From an uncultured Gammaproteobacteria bacterium (GTDB taxonomy: Bacteria > Patescibacteriota > Patescibacteriia > UBA1558 > S5-K13): a DNA stretch of 60,025 nucleotides. Below, one piece after another: positions 45,701 through 53,718 of this stretch. The position numbers and the translations under genes are program-made. The DNA lies in NCBI GenBank assembly GCA_964639335.1, contig CAZXCJ010000001.1, positions 1-60,025 of the forward strand, in the 5' to 3' direction. Each line of letters opens with the position of its first letter. The first letter of the stretch is position 1. The notes under the pieces were generated by a model. It worked only from the letters and a program-made list of their open reading frames with translations. It was not told the DNA's origin and did not search any database.

Positions 45701-46096
45701 CTTAAATTAAATCATTTAGTAGAAGATAAAATTCATCAAAGATCTATTGGTCCTTATTCTTTAATTACACAACAACCCTTAGGTGGCAAGGCACAATTTG
45801 GTGGACAAAGATTTGGAGAAATGGAAGTCTGGGCCTTAGAAGCTTATGGGGCTGCGCATACTTTGCAGGAAATTTTAACTATTAAATCCGATGATGTTAA
45901 TGGTCGAAGTAAGGCCTATGAATCAATTATTAAAGGTGAGGAAATTGAAAGGATTAATATTCCAGAAAGTTTTAATGTTTTAGTTAGCGAATTAAAGGCA
46001 TTAGGGATAAATGTAGAATTATTAAAACATGGTAAGGCTATTAAGGAAACAGGTTCTAGCTTTTTAGATAAGGACAAAAGAGGAATAGAAAATTAA
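42716..46096 (+). CDS. rpoB: DNA-directed RNA polymerase subunit beta
   Basis: Full-length conserved RpoB motifs (GDKMAGRHGNKGVIS, FGEMEVWALEAYGAA). Confidence 0.98.
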   Translation: MNKENRKYFTKFRNAIKLPDLIEIQKKSYKWFFEKGLKELFEEVSPIRDFTGRDLELYFLDYRLEDPKFDEVHSRERNTTYEAPLRINAKLKNNRSGSSKEQEIYLGDFPLMTEKGTFIINGVERVVVSQLVRSAGAFFTSQTYLGRNYYGAKIIPNRGAWLEIETDPKKKVLYVNIDRKRKVAITAILRAFGYVTDEEIIDLFKDVDNHPEVSFIKNTLEKDISKNQEEGLIEIYKRIRPGDMATADNAKSLIFSMFFDFSRYDLGNVGRYKLNKRFNQDYAIINKHRTLKKEDLVNVIKEIIRLNLSQEPADDIDHLGNRRVRAVGELIQNRFRIGLARMERIIKDRMSTADVTSLTPNLLINAKPVIGTIREFFMSSQLSQFMDQTNPLAELEHKRRLSALGPGGLSRERAGFEVRDVHRSHYGRICPIATPEGPNIGLVGHLSSYARIDEYGFLQTPFRKVINKVNNIPNKTKGYTLRESIKDSQTRKVIFGSGMFINDTVAKKLAKYKSIKEIKIIPVVTSQVVYLDAFTEEKAITTAANTPVDENGHFIEKQAEIRVHGQPTFDDVEKIDYMDVAPNQIISIATSLIPFLEHDDAVRALMGSNMQRQSVSLINPQAPIIGTGVEGRAAGDSGQVTRAKEDGKVLSVQANEIVIKSKKKKIRYTLSKFARSNASTCMNQRPIISKGDAVKKGDVIADGAAVDHGELALGRNVLVAYMPWEGGNYEDAILISENLVKTDAYTSIHIENYSIEVRDTKLGPELITRDIPNIGEERLKDLDSEGIIRIGATVKSGDILIGKITPKGETELSAEEKLLRAIFGEKAKDVKDSSLYLEHGEHGKVVDIKFFSRKKGDKLSAGVIKTIQISITQLRKIQVGDKMAGRHGNKGVISRVIPQEDMPFMEDGTPIDIILNPLGIISRMNLGQVLETHLGLAAKKLGYHVATPPLNGVKIEQIKKELKKAGYSSDGKVQLYDGKTGEPFDNRTTVGISYMLKLNHLVEDKIHQRSIGPYSLITQQPLGGKAQFGGQRFGEMEVWALEAYGAAHTLQEILTIKSDDVNGRSKAYESIIKGEEIERINIPESFNVLVSELKALGINVELLKHGKAIKETGSSFLDKDKRGIEN

Positions 46097-46123
46097 ATTT
46101 TAAACTTTTAACTATATAATTAT

Positions 46124-49100
46124 ATGCCAACACCCTCTTCAACAAAAACAACGTTCACATTTAATGAGATTAGTAAAATGCCAGATTTTGATGAGATTAA
46201 GCTTAGTTTAGCTTCCCCGGAAAATATTAAGGCCTGGTCTAAGGGCGAGGTTTTAAAACCAGAAACAATAAATTATCGGACACAAAAACCAGAGAAAGAT
46301 GGTTTATTTTGTGAAAGAATTTTTGGGCCAACTAAAGATTGGGAGTGTTATTGTGGAAAATATAAAAGAATTAGATATAAAGGAATAGTTTGTGATAAAT
46401 GTGGAGTAGAAGTTACTAGAAAAAGTGTCAGACGGGAGCGTTTTGGGCATATTGAATTATCCACGCCAGTATCCCACATTTGGTATTTAAGAGGGGTACC
46501 TTCTAAAATAGGTATAATTTTAAATTTATCAGTTCAACAATTAGAAAAAGTAGTTTACTTTGCTAATTTTATAATTACAGAAGTAAAAGAAGAATTGAAA
46601 AAAGAAGTTTTAATTCAAATTAATCAAGAATTAAAACAAAAAATTAAATCTATTGACAAAGAAATAGAAAATAAATCAGTAGAGATAGATAAAAAAATAA
46701 CAGAAGATAGAAAGAAAAAGAACGTAAAAGCAGTTAAAGAATTAGAGGAAGAAAAAAATAAATTAGTTGATTTAAAAGAAGAAAAAATAAAAAAATTAAA
46801 TGAAGCCGGAGAAATAGCAAAAAAGGAATTAAAACAAATTAAGCCTCTTAAAGTTATTTCTGAGAGTAGCTACCGAGAACTTTCTTTAAAATATGGTCAA
46901 GTATTTAATGCTGATATTGGAGCAGAAGCTATTCAAAGATTATTAAAAAAGGTTAATTTAGAAAACGTTTTAAAAGATTTGAATGAAAAAATAAAAGATG
47001 TCCCTAGTTCCAAACAAAAGAAATTAATTCGCAGGGCTCGGCTTATTCAAAATTTTATTAAAAATAAAATTCGTCCAGAATGGATGGTTTTAAATTTTAT
47101 TCCTGTTATTCCTCCAGACTTGAGACCGATGGTGCAATTAGACGGTGGACGTTTCGCGACGTCAGACTTAAATGATTTATATAGGAGAGTTATTAATAGA
47201 AATAACAGATTAAAGAGATTAAAAGATTTAAATGCTCCGGAAGTTATTTTAAGAAATGAAAAAAGAATGCTTCAGGAAGCAGTAGATGCCTTAATTGATA
47301 ATAATGCTCGTCATGGAAAAACAGTTACTGCTTCTACTGGACAAAAAAGAATGTTAAAAAGTTTGGCAGATATGTTAAAAGGCAAACAAGGTAGATTTAG
47401 AAGAAATTTATTAGGAAAAAGAGTTGATTATTCTGGCCGCTCTGTGATTGTAGTGGGTCCTAAATTAAATTTAGATGAATGTGGTATTCCAAAAATAATG
47501 GCCTTAGAATTATTTAAACCCTTTGTAATTTCTAAATTAATTGAAAGAGAAATGGTTCATAATGTTCGGAGTGCTAAGAGGTATATTGAAATGGGTCATG
47601 ATGAAGTTTGGGATATTTTAGAAGAAATTACTAAAAAGTCCTATGTATTTTTAAATAGAGCGCCTACTTTACATAGATTAGGCATTCAGGCCTTTAAACC
47701 CAAACTTATTGAGGGCAAGGCAATTCAAATTCATCCAATGGTTTGTGCGGCCTTTAATGCTGACTTTGATGGAGATCAAATGGCTGTTCATGTTCCTTTG
47801 ACTAAAAGTGCCCTAAAAGAAGCAGAAGAAATTATGCTTTCCACTAAAAATTTATTAAAACCAGCTACTGGAGACCCAGTTGTGGTTCCCACTCAAGATA
47901 TGGTTTGGGGGGCTAATTATTTAACTACTATTTTAAACGAGGATTTAGAGAAGAAAAAAATAAAAGTATTTCCTAATAGAGCTACGGTTTTGACCTCTTA
48001 TGATTTGAAAAATATCAAACTTCAGGATGTAATAAAAGTGTATATTAAAGGAAAATTAGAAAAGACATCAGTAGGTAGAATTATTTTTAATAGGATTGTT
48101 CCGGAAAAGTTAGGGTTTGTTAATGAAGAATTAGATTCTTCAAAAGTAAGAAATTTAGTAGCTGCAGCTTTAGATATTTATGGGAATGAAAAGACCATTG
48201 AATTTTTGGATAGATTGAAAAAATTGACCTTAAAATTTATTACAAAATCGGGCTTGTCTTGGAGCATGTCCGATTTGCCTCAAGTAAAAGGAAAACCAGC
48301 TCTTATTGAAGCCGCCAATAAAGAAGTAATAAAAATTCAAGATTTATATGAGAGTGGGCTTTTAACTAATAAAGAAAGATATGTAAAAGTAGTGGAAACA
48401 TGGACAAGGGTTAAAAGTGAAATTACAGAAAATTCCAAAAGTGGTTTTAACAAAAACAATTCAATCTATTCTATGATAAATTCAGGGGCGAGGGGCTCTT
48501 GGAGTCAGATGACTCAAATTATGGGCATGAAGGGACTGGTTATTAATCCAGCCGGAGAGATTATGGAACTTCCTATTAAGGCCTGTTTTAATGAGGGCTT
48601 AGATGTTTTGGAATATTTTATTTCTACTCATGGCACTAGGAAAGGTCTTTCAGATACAGCTTTAAGAACAGCTAGCGCCGGTTATTTAACTAGAAGATTA
48701 ATTGATGTTTCTCAAGATATTTTAATTTTAGAAAAGGACTGCGGTGATAAAAAAGGGTTTTTAATCACCAAAGAAGAATCTAAAGAAATGGGGAAAACTT
48801 TAGGTCAAAGAGTATTGGGACGCTATGTTTTAGAGGATGTTAAGGATATTAAGGGTAAAACCATTGTTAAGAAAAATACTTTAATTAATAAAGAATTGGC
48901 TTCTTTAATAGATAAAACTGAAATAAATGAGATTAAAATGCGATCTCTTCTAACTTGTAAATTAACCAGAGGTGTTTGTCAAAAATGTTATGGTTATGAT
49001 CTGGGATATAATAAATTAGTTAAAATGGGGACAGCTGTAGGTATTATAGCTGCTCAAAGCATTGGTGAGCCCGGAACGCAATTAACCATGAGAACTTTTC

Positions 49101-50020
49101 ATACTGGAGGTATTGCTGGCGGAGACATTACCCAGGGTTTACCCCGAGTAGAAGAAATTTTAGAAGTAAGAAATCCCAAAATGCAAGCTGTTATAAGTGA
49201 AATATCAGGCAAGGTTAAAATTTCAGACATTGAAGAAGAAAATAAAAAATCTAAATTAATCCAGGTATTTTCTGATGAAAATGTTTTAGAGACCTATGAG
49301 ATAAATAAACAGACAAAAGTTTTAATAAAAGATAAACAAGAAATTAAGAAAAAAGAAAATTTATTAGAAAAGAGTGGTCAAAAAATAAAATCTCTTAATG
49401 CTGGAATTACTCATTTAACCAAGAAGAAGTTAGAGATAATTGCCACTAAACCAATTGTAGGCGAGTATATTGCTCCTCCAGATATGAATCTGTGGGTTAA
49501 GGATGGAGATTTAGTAGATGCAGGCACACAATTAACAGAAGGTAGTATTAATTTGAAAAAATTATATCAGCTAAAGGGCAAAGAAGCGGTTCAAAGATAT
49601 ATTATCAAGGAAATTCAGTATATTTATTCTTCCCAGGGCCAAAGATTAAATGATAAACATATTGAATTAATTTGTAAGCAATTATTTTCTAGAGTTTATA
49701 TAGAAAATTCTGGAGAAACAGAATTTATTCCTGGAGAAATTATTACCATTTCTCAATTTAGAAAGGCTAATCAAGAAGCTAAAGAAAAAAATAAAAAAGA
49801 AGCCAAGGGCTCTGTTCTTCTTTTAGGAATGACCAAGGCAGCTTTAACTACAGATTCCTTTTTATCTGCGGCCTCCTTTCAAGAAACCGCTCGGGTTTTA
49901 ATTAATGCTTCTATCTCCGGGCAAGTAGATAAATTAAGAGGATTAAAAGAAAATGTGATTATCGGAAGATTGATTCCAGCGGGAACTGGGTTTAAGGCTA
50001 AAGATAGTGTTTCTAAATAA
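46124..50020 (+). CDS. rpoC: DNA-directed RNA polymerase subunit beta'
   Basis: Zn finger CYCGKY...CDKCGV, catalytic NADFDGDQMAVH, trigger-loop region. Confidence 0.98.
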   Translation: MPTPSSTKTTFTFNEISKMPDFDEIKLSLASPENIKAWSKGEVLKPETINYRTQKPEKDGLFCERIFGPTKDWECYCGKYKRIRYKGIVCDKCGVEVTRKSVRRERFGHIELSTPVSHIWYLRGVPSKIGIILNLSVQQLEKVVYFANFIITEVKEELKKEVLIQINQELKQKIKSIDKEIENKSVEIDKKITEDRKKKNVKAVKELEEEKNKLVDLKEEKIKKLNEAGEIAKKELKQIKPLKVISESSYRELSLKYGQVFNADIGAEAIQRLLKKVNLENVLKDLNEKIKDVPSSKQKKLIRRARLIQNFIKNKIRPEWMVLNFIPVIPPDLRPMVQLDGGRFATSDLNDLYRRVINRNNRLKRLKDLNAPEVILRNEKRMLQEAVDALIDNNARHGKTVTASTGQKRMLKSLADMLKGKQGRFRRNLLGKRVDYSGRSVIVVGPKLNLDECGIPKIMALELFKPFVISKLIEREMVHNVRSAKRYIEMGHDEVWDILEEITKKSYVFLNRAPTLHRLGIQAFKPKLIEGKAIQIHPMVCAAFNADFDGDQMAVHVPLTKSALKEAEEIMLSTKNLLKPATGDPVVVPTQDMVWGANYLTTILNEDLEKKKIKVFPNRATVLTSYDLKNIKLQDVIKVYIKGKLEKTSVGRIIFNRIVPEKLGFVNEELDSSKVRNLVAAALDIYGNEKTIEFLDRLKKLTLKFITKSGLSWSMSDLPQVKGKPALIEAANKEVIKIQDLYESGLLTNKERYVKVVETWTRVKSEITENSKSGFNKNNSIYSMINSGARGSWSQMTQIMGMKGLVINPAGEIMELPIKACFNEGLDVLEYFISTHGTRKGLSDTALRTASAGYLTRRLIDVSQDILILEKDCGDKKGFLITKEESKEMGKTLGQRVLGRYVLEDVKDIKGKTIVKKNTLINKELASLIDKTEINEIKMRSLLTCKLTRGVCQKCYGYDLGYNKLVKMGTAVGIIAAQSIGEPGTQLTMRTFHTGGIAGGDITQGLPRVEEILEVRNPKMQAVISEISGKVKISDIEEENKKSKLIQVFSDENVLETYEINKQTKVLIKDKQEIKKKENLLEKSGQKIKSLNAGITHLTKKKLEIIATKPIVGEYIAPPDMNLWVKDGDLVDAGTQLTEGSINLKKLYQLKGKEAVQRYIIKEIQYIYSSQGQRLNDKHIELICKQLFSRVYIENSGETEFIPGEIITISQFRKANQEAKEKNKKEAKGSVLLLGMTKAALTTDSFLSAASFQETARVLINASISGQVDKLRGLKENVIIGRLIPAGTGFKAKDSVSK

Positions 50021-50035
50021 ATAACATTTACATAC

Positions 50036-50068
50036 AAAAATCTCCTTGAGTTTTTCAGGGGATTTTTT
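50036..50068 (+). terminator. intrinsic terminator after rpoC
   Basis: aaatctcct...aggggattt stem with a T-run; a second hairpin plus T-run lies at 50105-50131. Confidence 0.65.
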
Positions 50069-50221
50069 GGTTGGGGGGGGGAAAAAGATATTTTATATAA
50101 CGTTTCGGGATATCTGAAGTCCCGATTTTTTAATTTATTATAGTTCAATATTAAGTAATTTTCTATTATTTTAAACTGTCTGTATTAGTAAATCGGGGTT
50201 TGGGTTGAATAAAAATGTTAA

Positions 50222-50605
50222 TTATTTTGCTATAAATTCTATATTTTTATAATTTTTTTTAGGATCTTTGCAATTTGGACAGCCATATTCTATAGGGTAC
50301 TGTTTAATATAATAATTTATAAATTTACCAAAAGCTAATAGTGGAAAATATTTTGGTTCATAACGAAGTGGCTTACCTTGAAATCCACAAGTATTGCATT
50401 TAATTTCACTCCATTTACTTGGTTTTGATATACTAAAGTAACTATGATATTTAATAGCTATTATAAATAAGTAAATTTCTAGTATAGATAGTATTAATAG
50501 AATTATTGTTAGAAGATTATTCTGATTTTTCCAAGACATAATACCGAAAATTATAAAAATAATTGCAAATAGAATAGGTTTGAATATTTTTTGTACTTCT
50601 TCCAT
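50222..50605 (-). CDS. membrane protein with a C-terminal zinc ribbon
   Basis: Two TM helices followed by CNTCGF...CPNCKD. Confidence 0.45.
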   Translation of the reverse strand: MEEVQKIFKPILFAIIFIIFGIMSWKNQNNLLTIILLILSILEIYLFIIAIKYHSYFSISKPSKWSEIKCNTCGFQGKPLRYEPKYFPLLAFGKFINYYIKQYPIEYGCPNCKDPKKNYKNIEFIAK

Positions 50606-50685
50606 AATATATAATATATAAATTAATAATTAATATTTTTATTCAACTAGATATCCCGTGTTATGTGATGTGTGAGTGACTTTGT

Positions 50686-51653
50686 TTATATCTTTTTTGA
50701 ATCATTTATTACTTTTGTCACGCTATTATTCAATTCGGCTAGGTTATTCTTTTCTTTTCTTTTAGTCAACATAGAATCACCACTACCCAAGTCTTTAAGC
50801 GAATGTCCACTGTGCCACCACTTGTCGTCTATGCCAATAAATCTATCATGAAATGTATTATTTTTATAGATGGTGATTGCTCGTCCCTCGGATTTTAGTT
50901 TTTTAACTTGTACAAAAAAATCTGCTGGGCTAGTTTTGTATGTGATAATAGTGATATTAATTCCCAGTTTTAAAAGTTTGACCATAGTAAGGATCTGATC
51001 GTCTATATACTTATCAATGATAGTAATATTATTTTTTGCAGATTTCATTAAATCTCTTATGTGAATATATGACTCAAAACAATTACCCTTTTGTATGTAT
51101 AAATTGGTCGGTGCCAAGGCCTTTTCTTTTGCCTTCTTTTTAAAAGCGGGTAATTTTTTAATATCTTTATGTTCTTTTATTAATGTTTCCAAATTTAAAA
51201 AACTAGCTCCCGCGATTTTTTTCAATAAATAACCAGTTGTGAAGGGAAGCGAAATTACTAATACATCAATACTATTATTAATAATTTTTTTAAGCAAGGG
51301 AACAAAGTCGCCATCACCCGAGACTAATACGAATTTTTTAAATAACGGCAATTTTTGCATTGCATCTACAGATAATTGTACATCCAACCCCTTTGAAATA
51401 AAGCTGTCACCTCTTTTTATTAGTTCCATGTAGTATACCTTGTATCCAATCTTTTTTAGCATACTATAAAATCGACTTTGCATTTTATCAGATGAGTTTA
51501 TGGCACCATAAAAATAGATTTTTGTGCCCCCCCAAAATTATTAATAAGTAGATTAAAAAAATTAGCGTAATTAATCTTTATATTAATTATCTTGGTAGCC
51601 GTGTAAAGCCAATCACCATCTATAAATATTGCTGTAGGAATATTTTTGTTCAT
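50686..51653 (-). pseudogene. NYN (LabA-like) nuclease domain fused to an HDR-motif PLD-like C-terminal domain; frameshifted at a G7 tract
   Basis: The N-terminal part MNKNIPTAIFIDGDWLY...NNFGG (from 51653) runs into C7 at 51527-51533. The rest (VLVSGDGDF...FHDRFIGIDDKWWHSGHSLKDLG) is in the +1 frame. Confidence 0.6.
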
Positions 51654-52002
51654 TATTAAATTGATTCAAATAAAAAGTCACTCACATTTCATTTAACTCC
51701 TTATATACGAACTATTTAATTAAGGGGCTAAAATAAGGGGTTTGTTTATATAAAATTGTAAATCATAACAAGTTATGATTCTAATTAAATAATATCACTA
51801 TGTATTGAATATGACAATTAGGTTTAATTGATTTTTGTAAAATCTATTGACTTATTTTTTAAATATGTTAGGTTATAAATATAAAAGGCCGCAAAGAGCC
51901 TTTTTTTATTTGGTCGATTTATTAATAATTAATAATTTTTTGAATTTTGTGAGCTAATAATTTTCTATTATTATTCATAATTTTTAAAGAAAGTAAAAAA
52001 CT

Positions 52003-52506
52003 ATGAAAAGCAATTTAACTAAAAAGGATTTTATGAAAATGTCCGAAGATGAATTAAGGAATGTCTTAAATGAGAATAATTTGTCAGAGTACGAATTTGA
52101 GGCCATGATTGAGGCCCTGGAATTAAAAGGTTTGAATGGTTCAATTATAACTATATCAGAACCTGATAGCGAAGAAGCGCAAATGGCTATGGAATATATT
52201 AAATATCATAATCAATTTCCACATTTATGTTTAGGCCAGACATCTCAGAAAAAATTGAAAAAATTCAGTCAGGATTTATTTAGAAATAGTGCTAGTTTAG
52301 AAGACAAGAAAAAGGCCTTAATTGCTTTAGGGCATACAGCTGATATTTTTGCATATAAGAGCTTAGAAAAATATATAGAAAGGCCAGATAGTGATTTGAA
52401 AATTTGGGCTAATATGGCCCTTCAAGAATGTCAGGATTTTTTAAAATCTAATTTAACAAATAAGCCAGTAATAAATATCACAGATTTAAACCAATTAAGT
52501 CGTTGA
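52003..52506 (+). CDS. hypothetical helical-repeat protein
   Basis: ORF only; HEAT-like KKALIALGHTAD. Confidence 0.4.
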   Translation: MKSNLTKKDFMKMSEDELRNVLNENNLSEYEFEAMIEALELKGLNGSIITISEPDSEEAQMAMEYIKYHNQFPHLCLGQTSQKKLKKFSQDLFRNSASLEDKKKALIALGHTADIFAYKSLEKYIERPDSDLKIWANMALQECQDFLKSNLTNKPVINITDLNQLSR

Positions 52507-52549
52507 CAACAGTATACAATATGCATACAATTGTATATATATTGTATAT

Positions 52550-53116
52550 ATGTTGAATTTTATCAAAAATAATCAAGGGAAAATTCTTAATTTGTTTTTT
52601 CAAAATACAGATCAAGAGTTTTATTTAAGAGAGATTGCACGTAAATTAAATAAAAAACCGGGCTATTTTCAAAGGGATATTAAAAATTTGGTAAAAGAAG
52701 GTATTTTAAATGATGAACGAAGGGCCAATTTGCGCTATTTTAAACTGAACAAAGAGTACCCTTTTTATAAAGAAATAAAGGAAATAATTTCTAAGTCCTT
52801 TGGTATTGAATTTACATTAAAAAAATTAATTAATAAATTTTCAAATATTGAATTGAGTTTTATTTTTGGTTCCATTGCTAAAAATTTTGAACATAGTGCA
52901 AGCGACATAGATTTGATATTAATTGGCAATATTAATCAAGACTTATTAATAAAAAATATTACTAAATTGGAGAAAGAATTAAATAGAGAAATTAATTATA
53001 TAGTATATGATAAAAAAGAATTCATTGAAAAAATTAAAAAGAAAAATGATTTTATAATAAAAATTTTACAAGAACCCAAAATAATTTTAAAAGGCAAATT
53101 GAATGACTATCAATAA
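52550..53116 (+). CDS. wHTH plus minimal nucleotidyltransferase (MNT) protein
   Basis: FIFGSIAKNFEHSASDIDLILIG (GS-x-DxD); N-terminal wHTH-like region. Confidence 0.7.
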   Translation: MLNFIKNNQGKILNLFFQNTDQEFYLREIARKLNKKPGYFQRDIKNLVKEGILNDERRANLRYFKLNKEYPFYKEIKEIISKSFGIEFTLKKLINKFSNIELSFIFGSIAKNFEHSASDIDLILIGNINQDLLIKNITKLEKELNREINYIVYDKKEFIEKIKKKNDFIIKILQEPKIILKGKLNDYQ

Positions 53117-53570
53117 TTTAATTAAAGAAAATTTATTACAAAAGATAGATAATATATCTCTTAAACAAATTGAGAGAAGATTCACTATGGCTTTATCATT
53201 TTCAAATTCAGCCAAAATTGATTTAAAAAATAAAAATAAAGATAATATAGTTGTTTATAATGATATTTATAATAGTATTCGTATTATGGGAGAAACATTT
53301 TTATTATTGAACGGCTATAAGGCATCAGTAAAGAATTATCATAAAACAGTTATTGAAGCCATGAAAAAATTAATGGACATTAAAGATATGAATTTTTTAT
53401 TTGATAGGTTGGATAGGATGAGAAAAAATAGAAATAAGCTTGATTATGATATTAATAGTTTTGATATTTCTAAGAAAACTTTAGAAAATATGCTGTTGGA
53501 TGCCGGTGTTTTGGCTAAAAAAATTAAAAGTTTTATAAATAAAAGCAATCCTCAAGAAAAATTGGTATAG
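53103..53570 (+). CDS. HEPN-like protein (partner of the MNT)
   Basis: 14-nt overlap with the MNT gene; helical; RMRKNRNKLDYD resembles R-x4-6-H but lacks the His. Confidence 0.5.
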   Translation: MTINNLIKENLLQKIDNISLKQIERRFTMALSFSNSAKIDLKNKNKDNIVVYNDIYNSIRIMGETFLLLNGYKASVKNYHKTVIEAMKKLMDIKDMNFLFDRLDRMRKNRNKLDYDINSFDISKKTLENMLLDAGVLAKKIKSFINKSNPQEKLV

Positions 53571-53718
53571 TAATTTTATTTATTTTATTTTAGTGATAGA
53601 CAAAAAATGATATAATATATTTACTCAATACTTCGGAAATATTTGATGTAAGTTAAATTTAGCATTTTTTACTAAGGAATTAAAATGTTGGAAATACTTA
53701 ATTCATTAATTTTTAAAT

